A program made the translations under genes and the position numbers. From NCBI GenBank assembly GCA_965240325.2, contig OZ251228.1, positions 1,922,001-1,986,000 of the forward strand: a DNA stretch of 64,000 nt. Direction: 5' to 3'. Below, in pieces: positions 46,907-60,021 of the stretch. Within the stretch, counting starts at the first letter, position 1, and every line of letters starts with the position of its first letter. Source of the DNA: Rebecca billardiae RCC1528. Lineage: Eukaryota; Protista; Haptophyta. The notes beneath the pieces are model-generated. The model was not told the origin of the DNA. It did not search any database and saw only the letters and a list, made by a program, of their open reading frames with translations.

Positions 46907-48182
46907 ATGACGCTCTCGACGCCTTTCTCGCCCATGGCGCAGGCCGACCTGCCCAACGCGCTGCTTGCCCTCGAGCCGGTCCTCCGAGACCTCCGCGACC
47001 GCCGCGTGCGCCTCGCCGTCTTCTCAGACTACGACGGCACGCTCACGCCGATCGTCGCGGACCCGGACAAGGCGACGCTCGCCGAGGACACGCGCACGGC
47101 GCTTGCGGCCGTGTCTGATCGTCACTTCACAGCCCTCGTCACTGGTCGCTCCACGGACAAGATCCGCTCGTTCGTGCAGCTCGGCGGCGCCCGCGCCCCG
47201 TACTACGCGGCCTCCCACGGCCAACACATCAGCGGCGGGCCCGACGCGGAGGGCCTCGATATGCTCCACCCGGTGCGCGCGCGCGCCTCTCGGCATGCGA
47301 TCGTGCGCCCGTGTCGGCCCGCACCCCACGCGAAGCGTCTCTGACGTGCCCCCCCCCGCGCTGCATGCTCGCGTGACGCACCTGCAGGTGGCCCAGCGCG
47401 CGCGCGGTGCCCTGGAGTGGACGTATGACGAGCTGAAGCGGCGGCTGTCCGACGTGCCCGGCTTCTCGGTGGAGGACAACGTGCTGTGCATCTCGGCGCA
47501 CTACCGCCGCGTGCCCTCCGAGCACCACGCACACGTCACCGCCGTCGTGGACGACGTCCTCGACGACGTGATGAAGCTGCGCACCTCTGCGTCCGATGCG
47601 GACGCGCTGAGCGAGCGCGCGACTAGCATGAGCATCGCCGGCAGTGATTGCGGCGACTCGTCGACGGCGGGACTGTACGCCACCGGCGGCACCGTCAGCG
47701 CGCACGTCTCCACAGACCACCTGCCGATGGCCGCGTCCGAGCCCGCACCCGGCGCTAGCAGCCACACCTCGTCCCCGCAGCAGTTGGATCGCCGCTCCGC
47801 GCTGCCGCCGTCCGTGCCGCTGTGCCGGCGCGAGGGCAAGATGGTGCACGAGCTGCGCCCTAAGGTCGAGTGGGACAAGGGCGCCGCCGTGAGGTGGCTG
47901 TACGAGCAGATGCTTGCGCGCGTCCGCGCCGAGCTCCCGAGCCCAGCGGCTCACGAGGCGGACGCGGAGCCCGAGCTGTTGCCTGTGTACGTCGGCGACG
48001 ACGTGGCGGACGAGGATGGCTTTGCGGCCGTCCGCGCGCTGCATCCGCGCGCCATCGCCGTCAAGGTGACGGCGCGCGACCTCGCTCCTGGCGCGCCGGA
48101 GCCGCGGGCCACGATGGCGCAGTACGCGCTGGAGGACCCGCAGCAGGTGGCGGCCTTCCTGCGCCACCTGGCTGACGTGTAG
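46907..48182 (+). CDS. TPP: Trehalose-6-phosphate phosphatase (HAD IIB); intron 47273-47387
   Basis: DYDGTLTPIV, VTGR, ASHG, EDN..CISAHYR, GKMVHELRP...WDKG.AV, YVGDD..DEDGF. Confidence 0.92.
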
Positions 48183-50516
48183 TCGTCCCGCGCGTGAGGC
48201 TGGCCTCGGCCGCAGTGCTCAGTGTCAGCTCAGTGCCAGAGTGAGTGCGGCGGGCCGGGGCCGCTGCGCCTGCGGCGCGCCTGTGGCCTGCGGGTAAGCG
48301 CCTAGCCTACATCAGCTAAGTCTAATCTATAAGACTAGTAGGCTCGTGAGCGCGGCCCGCGGCTGGGGAGCGCCAGAGCACGGCACGTGGACGAACCGCC
48401 GCCGCATCTGCGCTTTTTAATTTCGATTTCCCTGCGGCCTCCGCCATCGTGAACCAGGCCGGGAAGGCGGGATCCCCGGCCAGCCCTGCGCGGCTGCGCC
48501 GTGCCTCCGGGGAGCATGATGACATGCGCTGCTCACGGGCACTCCCAGAACAAGTTGCCCAGAGGCATCAGAGCTGCATATCGCGTTCGAGGAGCGACAC
48601 GGAAGCCTATGCCCTTCTGCGGTCCCGCCTATGCCCTTCTGCGGTCCCGTCCAGTCGGCATGCGGAACGGCTTACTGTAGCTTGTGGCCAGTGTGGGCGG
48701 TCTGCGCTCGAAACTCGGGGCTGCCTACGGGTGCAATCATCATCGGCACGGTTGAAAATAGTAGCAATGACAGCGGCGTCGCAATGCATCGAGCATTCAG
48801 CATTCTGATCTTCTAGAACAACCGATACGGAGCCCCGACCAACCGGCTCCTGCGCCGAGTGGCGCGGCGCCGTTGGAGTACAGACACGCGACGCGGTCCG
48901 ATTTTTGAGTTACTGCGGCGGTCAGACTGCTACTTGCTAGTATTAGTTTGAGCCTCTGCTAGCGGCTAGCAACACTAGGATGCCTAGTCTGATGTACTAG
49001 AAGTAGCCAGCAAAGACACATGTACTGGGTTGTGGCACTTCTCTGGCAGCGGCTGCACTGGCGGCAGCGGCGCCTCCCCGCGTCCGCCGCCGTGACTGGC
49101 ACAGTGACGCGTGCAGCAGTCCCTAGGCCGTGCAACCGCCCGGCCGTGCCCACTCGCGGCCCGTGCGTCGCCGCCCGCGCCGTGGGCCACAGGCGCCGCC
49201 CGCCAGGCCGGCCCGCGGCCCGCGACGGCAGCCGGCGTAGGCGCGACGCGCGGACCAGCCACTGCTGCGGCGGCCACGGTCCGGCCCGGACTGTCCGCCA
49301 GAGCCCGGATCACGCTGTCCTTGCTGACTGAGACTGGGTTCGTGACAGTCGGGCCATCAGTCTGCGGTGGTGACTGTCTGACTGGACACTGTAGTCAGTC
49401 GTCACTCGTCACTACACTGGTGCCGGTGGCGCGGCGGTGGACCTCCGCCTCGGATCGATTGATGAATGAATAACGCGCGGTCCGCTGCGTCTGGGGCCCC
49501 TGGCAGATTATCTAGTAGGCAGCATAGCGTCGATGGGAATTTGTTCCGAGCATCATACTGACTCCGGAACAGTACTCTGTACTGTCAGTAGCTATTATCC
49601 GCAATCAATTGAAACATTATTAGGTCAAGACGAGACCGATGGCGAAGCCGATGCTTGGAAGGCATCGCTGCCATCGACATCATCAGACGTCATCGTGCCA
49701 TCGCCCGCATCGGTCGTCGCCTACTCGCCTGTGACTGCCTAGCGCCGTCGGCCCGTCGGGCGTCGGCGCCGGGAGCCGGGATTCACCTCGCTCGGCCGCA
49801 TCGCCGGCGCCTGCTGAGTGCCTGCTCGCAGCCTCGCAGCGAACGACTCGGCGACCCGGGTCGCACTACTCATGGCGCACGGCCCCCCCCCCGAAAGGTC
49901 TGAGCGTGAGCGAAAGCCGGGGGGGGGGCGGCGCACGTGCTCCGCAAAATCAAAAAGAGGATGCGCGCAGGATTTTGGGGATTTTTCGGTAGGTGGCCAC
50001 CGCGTATGAGTGGATATCGCTGCCGCAATGATTGCGTTTGTAGTAGATGCTAATTTTAACGATAGTAACACTTAGGGGAATGCAGGGTGGAATAGCACAT
50101 AACACCAGCCGTGTGTTAGAACATTCCGTCATAGTAAGATGCCTGAATTGTAAGAGCCTGAAACAGCTCGCCAACCATAGAAACGATAGGTTGGGTCGTC
50201 AGCTTTGATTCACGCGCTTCTGAAAAACAGCGTTTTAGATTAGACGCATCCCTCTTCTCTTAAGAGAACTGCGCTAGAATAGTGTGGTGAGTGTGTCCTG
50301 GACAGCCTGAGCGGAAAGGTCAATAATCACGGTTGTGATTCAAGATTCCTCACCCCGTATTGCCAAGTGATTCAAAGCCAATGCGGGTATGAATCGACGC
50401 GTTTGTGCTCTATCTGCGATCAATAAGAGCTCTCTGATTCAAATGGGTGTACGCTGTCCTGGACAGACTCTGATCAATAATGATGATCGGCACGAAGAGT
50501 TGCGCGTGACGGCTCG

Positions 50517-51822
50517 GTGACGACGATCCAACGGCAAAGTGCCGCGGGTGCGGCCGGCGTCGGTGCGGCGGAGGCGGAGGCGGAGGCGTCGGGGGAGGCG
50601 GCTGAAGGGAGCGAGGGCGATGGTGGCGGCGCAGTCGAGGGAGGTGCGCCGAATGGCATGTCCGTCCTCACCCTCGCCGGCGGCGGCCGCCCGCGTGCCG
50701 CCGCCGCCGCGGCTCCGCGGCTTGCTGGCGACCGGACTGCACGGGTGATGCGACCGGACGCGCCGATGCTGCGCGCGTACGGGGTGGCGCAGCTGCTGCT
50801 CGAGGTGATCGCGCACTGCGCGCTCGACCCCGCCGAGCCCGCCGCATGCGCCACCCTCTCCGCAGGCTGCGTCGCAAATCTGACCTATCCGGTCGACAGG
50901 CGTCTGCACTCGGACCGCGCGGCGGTGCGGCGCGAGGCCGAGCGCGGGAGCCTGGGCGGCGGCGGGCGCGCGGCGGGGCATGTGCTGCCCGAGAGGCTGG
51001 CGCACTCGCCCAGCGCCGCCGCGCACACCGCCGCCGACCTCGCGCGCACGACCTCCGTCAACTCCTCCGTCAGCGGCGGAGAGCGCGTCGCGTCACGCCG
51101 CCCACGCGGCTGGTCGCTGCCGCCCAGCCGGTTCGTCATCCGAGCGCAGTCGCCCGGCGGCGGCGGGGCGGATCGGAGGCGGCGGCGTCGGAGGGCGGCG
51201 TCGGAGGGCGGCGTCGGAGGGCGGCGTCGGAGGGCGGCGTCGGAGGGCGGAGCGGAGGGCGGCGGCGCGCCGCCGCCGCCGCCCGACGGGCTGCCGCGAT
51301 CGCCGCTCGCCGCCGCGATCGCCGCCGCCGACGGCAGCGGCGGCGCGCGGGCGCCCGCAGCGCGCGCCGGGCCGGTCGCCGCCTGGGTGGTGGGACCGCC
51401 GCTGGGGGGCGGGGCGGGCGGAGGAGATGGCGGTGGCGAAGGAGGACGCGGTGGTGGACGTGGACGTCACGCAGTCCGGGCTGCACTGGCTCATCCACCT
51501 CCTCTCCGCACTCGACCCGCCGCCGTCACCGACGGCGCAGCAGCTGGCGGCGGCGCGACGGACGGTGGCGGGCGCGGCCGCGGCCGAAGCGGGCGCGCGC
51601 CGCGCGCGCCGCTGCGGCGGCGTGGAGCGGCGGGAGCTGAGCGGCGCGCTGCTGCACACGCAGTCACGCTGCGCTTACGTGCTGCAGGACGCTGTGCGAG
51701 CGCGCCACCGCCGACGCCGTCGCGCCGCCGCTGCCCCCGCCGCACCGGCACCGTCCGACCGTCCGACCGTGTCGTCACAAGCCGCGGCTGCTGCTCACAT
51801 TCACAAGCTGCGTGATCGGTGA
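50517..51822 (+). CDS. Hypothetical protein; frame change or unresolved intron near 51360-51400
   Basis: Protein-like segments in two frames (LRAYGVAQLLLEVIAHC; DVTQSGLHWLIHLLSAL). Structure and start uncertain. Confidence 0.35.
51181..51245 (+). repeat. 13-bp tandem repeat GGCGGCGTCGGAG x5
   Basis: Seen directly. Confidence 0.85.
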
Positions 51823-52343
51823 CTCTGAGCACTAGCCACTAGGGCCGTGCGCCCTCAACTTCGTTGTTCACTACCCGAAGATCGGCGTAGCCGATCATGT
51901 ATATATATATATATTGTATCGGACTACTATGTCTATGAGCGGTCCGGATGACGATGACTCGGCGCCGTACTAAAAATAAACTGAATGCGGTATGACTATT
52001 GTCGCCTTGACTATTTATGAGTCATGACTTAACCAGTAGCAGTTATTACTCACTATTAGCACCTTAGTGCACTTACCTTATACTTAGCTAGTGCCACTTA
52101 CTGATGCTCTCCTCACCGACGGGTGAAAATCCCATTTTCTGGCCTGTCCGGGCGGAAAATCCGGCTGCTCAGATTTGACCGGACCGGGACCCGGACAGCA
52201 CAGTATCTAGGGACCAGACACTTTTACATCTTCGTTCTCTTCGGATTTGAGCATGGGGCGGCGCCCCATTTGCACAGTCAAAAGACCGCGGGTGTAAAAG
52301 CAACCGTTGTCGAGTTCGATGTAGCGGCTGGGCGAATTAGTGA

Positions 52344-53884
52344 AATAAAAAAACTGTGCCCTGGCGGGCGGGGGGGTCGGCGGGCCGTGCCAGTGCTGTC
52401 GCAATGTTTCCTCTCTACTGCGGGTTCGCGTCTTTCCACATTCGCTCGTGGCCGTGGGCGACGGACAGTCCGAGGACCAGTGACACCTGAAGTTCTCCGG
52501 CCCGACGTGACGCACACGTCTGTGCGCATCAGCAAGGCCCGCACCCACGAGGGAATGTGCAGCACGCGGGGCGGGGCGGGTAGCCCGTTGCTCCGCGCGA
52601 GCGCGGGTACGCGCTGTATGTGCCGCATCTCGACCGCGATGGCGTAATCGAGCGCCTCGCCGCCGACGAAGCCGCCAGAGTAGATCGTGTGCATGTCCTC
52701 CTGCCGCCAGCCGAGAGCGGTCGTTGCGAGGATGCTTGCCGATGTCCGCTCCGGGCATGATGGGCTCGGCGCAGGTCGCGTTGACGTCGTACACGGCCGC
52801 CACGCTGAGCACGAGCGCGTTGACGTTCACGCGGTCGTCGCTCTTCGCCTTTTCGACAGGTCTGGCGCCCGCGTGTTTGGCGGCACGAGGAGCTGTTGGT
52901 TGTGCGCGCGCGCGCGCACAGCGACAGCGTGTGCCACTCGCGATCGAGATTGGGCACGAGCTGCTCACGCAGGCACACGAATCGCAGCGCATCCGTCACC
53001 GGCGTGACGACGTCCGCCTCGTCCCGCAGCGCCTGCGCCATGGACGAGGATGGCGCGGCGATGTTGCATGCTCAACGATTCATCTCTCTGCGGATGGCAT
53101 CACGGGCTTGTCTGTGTCGCGCTGCGGCGAGGGTCGCCAACTCGCGAAGACGCGGTTGCTGTCACGGCGACAGACCCCGGAGGTGCGTCCGCTGCGCGTC
53201 GTACGCCGTTGGCGCTGCGCTTCCGTCGCATTGGTCACCGTCGACGCCATGCAGGCCGGACGTGGGCTTCGGCTGAGGGACCGCGAGCGACGACTGAGTC
53301 CGGTGCGCGGATTCCGGCGATCGAGTTCAGAAGGCCGCGCCAAATCTTGCGTCGCGTGCGATGGCGCTTCCCGCCCGCGAGACACCTCGTGATGAGGGCC
53401 TTTCCGCACCGAGCCCGACGCGCGGCGGTGGATCGTGCGAGGCGGTTGTCGTGCGCAGCGCTTGATACAATGGCCCGTGCGAGCGTTCGACGTGCAAGTC
53501 GGGCGAGGACTGCCCCAGGTCGCACGATCGTGTCGACGCGCCGAGCGTACCTCCAAACGCGTCGACTTTGGCCCCCGTTTGACCTGCACGCGAGACGACG
53601 AGGGCAGCAATCGCGAATCGGGCGAAAACCCCCCTCGGGAGTCTCCGCGCGATATCCACGCCGGCGTTGGATTCGGCGCGCGCGGCCCATGCGCTCCGCG
53701 CCATCCAGGACTCTCTTTCGGCCGAGCGTCCCCAGTGGGAGCTGCGAGGGCGCCCGGTAGTGAGCGAAGCGACCCGGCAGTGAGCGAGGCGATTTTCTTT
53801 TCTTTGCGAGGCGATTTTCTTTTTTCCTTTTCTTTTTCTTATCTTTTTCCCGGGCACTACAAGGGGCGGACCTACGGCCCGCCA
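52344..53884. mobile_element. Dispersed ~1.5-kb repeat, copy 2 (inverted relative to 6367-7912)
   Basis: Shares AQALRDEA.VVTPVT, DDRVNVNALVLSVAAVYDVN and YSGGFVGGEALDYAIAV translations and both termini with copy 1. Confidence 0.6.
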
Positions 53885-53900
53885 AACAATTCACGAGACA

Positions 53901-53930
53901 ATACCTTTGAATACCTTTGAATACCTTTGA
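53901..53930 (+). repeat. ATACCTTTGA x3
   Basis: Perfect 10-bp tandem repeat at an element junction. Confidence 0.85.
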
Positions 53931-54116
53931 GGTCGGATGGGTCGGTTGCTACGTTTTCGCCAACGTCGACAACCTCGGCAACCTCGACAACCTCGGCAAC
54001 CGGGTCCGGTGGCGAGCGTGCTCATCGCGACGTGGGGGAACCACCTCACCGGAACCCACCTTCACGCCCGCCGCTTCGATTTGGCTCAGCTGAACGCGCC
54101 AACCGCAGGCTACTGC

Positions 54117-54857
54117 ATGGCGCCCGGGCCGGCGCGCCCGCGCCGACGCCGATTGGCTGCCGCTCCGCTCGCACGCCCGACGTCGAGCGTGCTGCTGCAT
54201 GCTCTCGTTCGCCACGATCCACCCGGCAGCCTCGAGGCTATCGTGCACACCGCCCTGCAGCGCGGTGATGTGATGAAGATTCTCGCCGTTGCAGGTGCCG
54301 GCAAGTCACACGCGCTGCGCGCGTTCGCTGCGGCGCGACCGCACCTGCGCACCGTTCTCGTGACGTTCAATCGCAGCGCGGCAGCGGAGCAGGCTGAGCT
54401 GTGCTCCGCGATGGCGCACGTGCGCGTGTGCACGCTCGACGCTCTGGCTTTCGAGGCGACGCATGCCCTGCACGGCGGCCACATCGCCGACCAGGTGGCT
54501 GTGCTTCCGTGTGACGCGCCGGACGACGACAGCTTGACGGACGTGCGCGCGACGCTGCGTGCTTTTCTATCATCGGCCGACGCGCACCTCTGCGACGCGC
54601 ACCTGCCCGCGCTTGCCCGGTGCCGCGGCGCTGTTCTTGCCTCGGCGCGCCGCGTGTGGGAGCGCCAGGCGGACCCCAGCTCACATGCCGCACGGACGCA
54701 TGCTGTGCTCTTCAAGCTGTACCAACTCGACTACGCCAAACGCGACACGCGCTTCATCGATCTGGTGCTGCTCGACGAGGCGCATGACTGCACGCGAGCT
54801 CAGCTGCACGCTGTGCTGGCATTCCCCGGCGCTGCCAAGCTCGTCGTGTACGAGGCC
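54117..54857 (+). pseudogene. Truncated UvrD/FBH1-like SF1 helicase (motifs I-II only)
   Basis: ILAVAGAGKS (Walker A), LVTFNRS (Ia), CTLDALAF (Ib), LVLLDEAHD (II); breaks off at KLVVY just before motif III. Confidence 0.75.
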
Positions 54858-55378
54858 GAGGAATGTCGAGGAATGTCGAGGTTGCCTAGGTTGGCACACA
54901 GCAGAGCAACAAACGTACATATAAGCTACCTAGGTCTCAGCACGTTTGACGATGTTGCGCTGATCCTAGATTCCTAGGTCGCAGAACGCTTGAGGATGAT
55001 GTTGCTGATCCTCCGACTCCGAGCTTGGAAAATCGTCAAGGATCAACCGCGGAGCTGAAATAATAACTGCGCGAATAATGACTTATTCATTCCCGCCTGG
55101 ACGACGCCTGCCAGCCCCAGGCTAGTGCACGCCGGCTGTGCACCATTCGGTCTATGCGCGGCACGCGCCCTAAAAATCATACTTGACGTCGTATTCTATC
55201 CGATCACGCAGTCATTATGCTGCAGCATCGGCCGTGCGTGCTGCAACACGCACACCGCTTCGGCGGTGCATGCGGGGCCTATCACCGACTGCGGGCCCAC
55301 GTGCCCCCCCGAACCCCTTCCCACCCACCCGTGCTCGACCCCCTTCCCACCCACCCGCACCCAGTCTTGCCAGCCGTC

Positions 55379-56620
55379 TCACATGCCCGTGATCGCCACG
55401 CCCAGCTCAGCACGGATCGCCGTCGTCACCTTGCAGGCCAGCACGATGTCTCCGCCAAAGTGCATCTGCGTCTCGATCGGCGTGCGCACGATCTGCAGCA
55501 CGCTGGCGCCAGCCTGAACCGCCAGCGCCTCGATGGCCTTGATGTAGAACTTGAGGTCGTCGCCGAAGATGCCGAACGCCTCGCCGTCCACGTCGTAGAA
55601 CGCCATCAGCGAGTGGCGGCGCGCGATCGGGATGTTCAGGTCGACCTCGTCCACCGTCGGGAGCGTGCCCACGATGGGCGCAAAGCCGAGCGGCGCCGTC
55701 TTGATGCCCTCCAGGATGTGGCCCGCCATCAGGCGCGAGCGCGGCTCGAACACGATGGCGCGCACGCGCACGCGGTACTGCTCGTCCTCATCCGCCACCG
55801 GCACGTACTCGATGGACGGCGCCTCGTTGTAGAGAAAGCTGCGCTGCTCGCCGTTCTTGTTCACGTGCTTGCCCTCGTTGAACATGGCCTCGGCGCCCGG
55901 CACGCCCTCCTGGTGCACCACGTCGTACACGCCGAACACGACCTGGCGGCGCACGTCGAACGTGAGCTTCGTCGGCATCTGCGCGCCGATGTTCACGCGG
56001 ATGTTGCTCTTGTCCGCGCAGCGCTCGACGTGGTCCTGCGCGAACGACGACGTGTTCGCCGGCGGGCCGAGGGACACCGACGTTTGCTTCAGTTCGGTCG
56101 CCTTCTCCAGCGCCTTGGCGCGCTGCTGCGCGAGCCGGTTGATCGCCTCGGCCTGAACGGCGCAGGCGATGCGCGGTGCGGGGTGGGTCAGCGCCGTCGC
56201 ACAAGGCAGCGTGCGCGCGCGCGGCGCACGCCCGGCGCACACCTGCTTCAGCATCTTGTCCTGCACCGCCTGCGCCGCCGGTGGGAGCGGCTCCTTGCCT
56301 CCGCCGGCCGACGTGCTGCCAGCAGGCGACTGCATGCCGATGGCGTCGTCGGCAGCGAGGCCGGGCGCGGCCTTGCGCTTCTTCGAAGCGCCCGTCGCAG
56401 TCTCCGCCTGCGGGCACTCGCTTGCTGGGCGCTTGCCGCACGCGCCGCCGTGCGCACGGCCGCCCGACGCCTTCGACGTGCCGAACCCGTCCGGGGTGAC
56501 GCCGCCATCGCCGGCGACGTCGGACGTGGCGTTCGTCTTCTGCGACTCCGTCGCCCGCGGCTCCTGGGGGGCGTCCGCCGACGGCTTCTTCGGCTCGCTG
56601 GTCGTCGCGCGCGTCGTCAT
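55379..56620 (-). CDS. Hypothetical protein; probable in-frame intron 56153-56242
   Basis: Strong GC3 codon bias in 55379-56150; disordered N-terminus with KKRK; no family recognised. Confidence 0.65.
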   Translation of the reverse strand: MTTRATTSEPKKPSADAPQEPRATESQKTNATSDVAGDGGVTPDGFGTSKASGGRAHGGACGKRPASECPQAETATGASKKRKAAPGLAADDAIGMQSPAGSTSAGGGKEPLPPAAQAVQDKMLKQVCAGRAPRARTLPCATALTHPAPRIACAVQAEAINRLAQQRAKALEKATELKQTSVSLGPPANTSSFAQDHVERCADKSNIRVNIGAQMPTKLTFDVRRQVVFGVYDVVHQEGVPGAEAMFNEGKHVNKNGEQRSFLYNEAPSIEYVPVADEDEQYRVRVRAIVFEPRSRLMAGHILEGIKTAPLGFAPIVGTLPTVDEVDLNIPIARRHSLMAFYDVDGEAFGIFGDDLKFYIKAIEALAVQAGASVLQIVRTPIETQMHFGGDIVLACKVTTAIRAELGVAITGM

Positions 56621-58156
56621 GGTCTCCGGGTTGGATCGGCGGGGTGGGACGGGACGGACAAGCCGCAGCGGAGGTGCCCGTTGTTCCTGGGGGAATCCTC
56701 GCATTTCCCTACTGGCAAATACAAGACGAGCTCCGTCAACGAGGTTGTCGAGGAAGGTCGAGGAATGTCGAGGAATGTCGAGGTTGCCGAGGTTGGCACA
56801 CAGCAGAGCAACAAACGTACGTAAGCCTTGCGCCCACGGCCGGTCGGCCGCGATGGCGATTGGCGTGCGCCGTCCACCCACGACGGAGTCGTGGACGGAC
56901 ATCGCTACACAGCCTACGCGACAGGCGTTGTCGTGATCGAGGTGCCCGTGCCCGTTGTCGATAGCCAAACGATTGGCACGACGACCTGGCACCACATCCG
57001 CGTCAAAGCGCGGCGAGGCCGTGGTCCAGCGCGTGTGCGGCAAGCTGGCCGATGTGCGGACGGCGTCGCGTGGCGCAGGGGCTCCTGCCGATGCTACCTG
57101 GCGGCTGCTGCGGAGCCTGCTGCCGTGGTCGAGCCTGGGGCAGAGGATGAGTCAACCGCGGAGCAGCTCAACGCTTCCGAGATCGAGCTGCGCGCGGTCG
57201 GACCAGATGACGGCCCGCGGCCGTCCAAGCGCACACGCAAGGACGCCTGAGCAGACGCGTTCAGTCCGAGCAAAGCCTGGTCGGCGTACGAGCGCGAGTC
57301 AGCTCAGACACGGCACGAGCGCACGCATGATGGCTCGTACGATGAGCTCGTCGGCTTGGTCACCGGGCTGCCGTCGCTCGTCGCTTCGCTTGTCACGTCA
57401 CACTCAGCTGAGCAGAGACATCACTCCCGCCGTTCAGCTGATCGACGAGGACGAGGCGGCCACGACGGCGGCGGCTCAAACGCCTGGAGGAGGAGCGCAG
57501 GAGGAGGAGGAGATCCCAACGCTGAGCCTGTGGGGCCGCGCCGAGGCCAGGCACCGCGGCCAGCGGCTGCAGTAGCGGGTGGCGGCCGGACAGCAGCTCG
57601 GTGGCACACGCTCACTCATACGTCGATCCTCTTGCTCGAGAGTCGAGGCGGCGGGCAAGGTGCAGGCCGCACGCGAGCTTGCTGAGCGCGCGCAGGCCGA
57701 GCCGCACCTGAGCCCCGAGGGTGCTCGGGACGCCGCGTGCGCAAGCAGGCCGCCTCGCAGCAAATGGTGCTTCGCATAATGACTACGCTGATACATTAAT
57801 ACCCGGAAAAATTTCTTCGCACTGCGTGCGCTTTATTCCCATTATTATTTTATTCCTTATTCGCGTATTAAATGCCGCTTTTCCGCCTCCCCAGTGCAGA
57901 AGTGCGCCAGAAAATGGGAACTCCACCCCGACTCACCGTCCGCGGCGGCACTCCGTCCGCTCTCGCGAGTCGGCCTGTCGACTGCGAAGCATGCAAGTCC
58001 GAGTCACGTTCATCACGACGTTGAGCATCGTGGGTTGTCTCGGATTCTCGGAAGGACAGGGCGCCCACGGTCCCAGAGCCGCGGCCGCCACCGCCGGCGG
58101 CGATCAGCTGGCAGCCCCACGGGGCCGCTGGCTGCTGCCTGGTCAGCACCGTGCGC

Positions 58157-60021
58157 TTAGATGATGCCGCCGTGCATCTTGTCGTGGTCCGGGTGCCACG
58201 TGTTCACGCCGTTGTCCATGATGGCCTCCTGGATCCAGCCCATCTTCTGCGCGCCGAGGTGCCCCAGGCAGAAGAGCACGAGCATCGTGTAGCCGACAGC
58301 GAAGCGCCAGCTCTCGTTCTTGCCGAGGTAGTAGTCGCCGCCGTCGGCGTACGAAATGGTGAGCTCGCCCAGCTCGACGGTGGGCTGGCCCTGCAGGTCG
58401 ATCACGTTGTTCCCGTGCATCACGCCCGTCAGCGAGAAGATCGTGCCGATCACGCAGAAGACGGCGCACCGGTCGAATCGCAGGTCGATCAGGTCGCACA
58501 TGATCTGCGTGAGGATGAGCGACGCCATGATGCCCGAGCCGGCGGCGAGGTTGAGCACGCCGGGGCGCGTGTCGCCCGACTCGAGCCGCATGATGTCGGC
58601 GATCACGACCATGATGCCCAGGCACAGCGCCGGGTAGTGCCGCGACGACGACACCTCGAACGACTGCTGCACGATCATCAGGCCGACGAAGATGAGGATG
58701 CAGCCGATCGAGATCCGATCGACGAGCGCGAACACGGTCGGGAACATGCCAGACATGAGGATGATCACGTACACAAACGCGTTGATGAGCGAGTAGCCCG
58801 CCGCGGCGCCGACCTTCTTGTGGCGCGCGTGCCCGATGTACACCGTGGTCGGCAGCGTGCAGCCGAAGAAGGCGCCGATCATCGTGCCGATGCCGTCCAC
58901 GACCATCGCCTCCATCACGTTGTAGTGGTCGCCCTTGGCCATCGCCGCCTCGACGTTCTCCATCGTCTCGATGAACGACTGCAGCGCGACCGGGAAGAGG
59001 ATGGCGATGAAGTCGCCCACGTCGACCATGCCCCGCAGCCCCACCCCCGGCAGCAGCGAGTTCTGCCCCGCGAAGGTGTTGAACATGAACTTGAGCGTGG
59101 CCTCGTTCTCGGCCGGAGTGCCCTGGTACTTGCCGGCGCCCGCCCACTTGAGCACCGTGCCGGTGCCAAAGATGATGAGCGCGGTGGAGCCCGACTTGTA
59201 GATGCCCTTGCCCTCGTTGGCGAAGAAGCCCGTGAACGTGAGCGCGAACGGGATGAAGCCGATGATCGGCTCCGACGCCACCGAGATGAAGGGCGAGAGG
59301 CCGAGCCACACGAAGCCGACCGCCGCGATCGGCGAGTAGAGCGCCGCCTTTGACATGTTGGTCCGGATGATGTTGCCCATCCAGAAGCCGCACACCTCGA
59401 AGACGCCCGAGATGAAGTTGGCCGAGACCGCGCCCGACCACACCCGAAGCGCGAACTCCTCCGGGTCCGCCGTGCCCGCGTGCTTGAAGCACAGCGGCAG
59501 CATGACCGAGAAGGCCATGATGAAGCCGGCGGGCGTGTTGATGCCGTACGGCAGCGCGGTCACGTCGTCGCGGTTCTCGTAGCCGGCGAGCTTGAACGCC
59601 ATCCACGCGTACCAGATGTTGCCGAACGCCAGCGCGAACGCCAGCCCGGGCACGATCTTCCCGAACACCATGTTCTGGTACGCGAGCACGTGCGCAGGCG
59701 TGATCGGGCTGAGCGGACCGCCCGTCAGGATCTGTGCGAGCGACACGACAAACACCATCGCGAAGATGATGCCGAGGATGGAGGAGAGGTTGTCTGCAGG
59801 GGCGAATCGTGCCGGTAGCGCACGCGTGAGCGAGCGCGCGGCGGGACGAGGCCTGCCAGTCGCGCGCGCGCACGCGCGCGCGCCGCCGGCGCGGGAGGGC
59901 GCATACGCGCACGCGCACCAAAGAAGAGCGCCGGGAACGAGTCGGCATCGCCTCGGCGGATGAAGGGGTAATCGCGCTTGATTGGCTGGAGGAAAGGGAC
60001 CTTACCATCACCCGCCGGCAT
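58157..60021 (-). CDS. NCS2/AzgA-like nucleobase-type permease; intron 59794-59918
   Basis: RGDADSFPALFFDNL, DVTALPYGINTP, ENVEAAM..GD.Y, GCTLPTTVYIGH...K.VGA..GYS; many TM helices. Confidence 0.85.

Noticed and set aside
51181-51245. 13-bp VNTR acting as a phase-variation switch
   Set aside because: The upstream frame still reads plausibly past the repeat; the frame change seems to lie further downstream.
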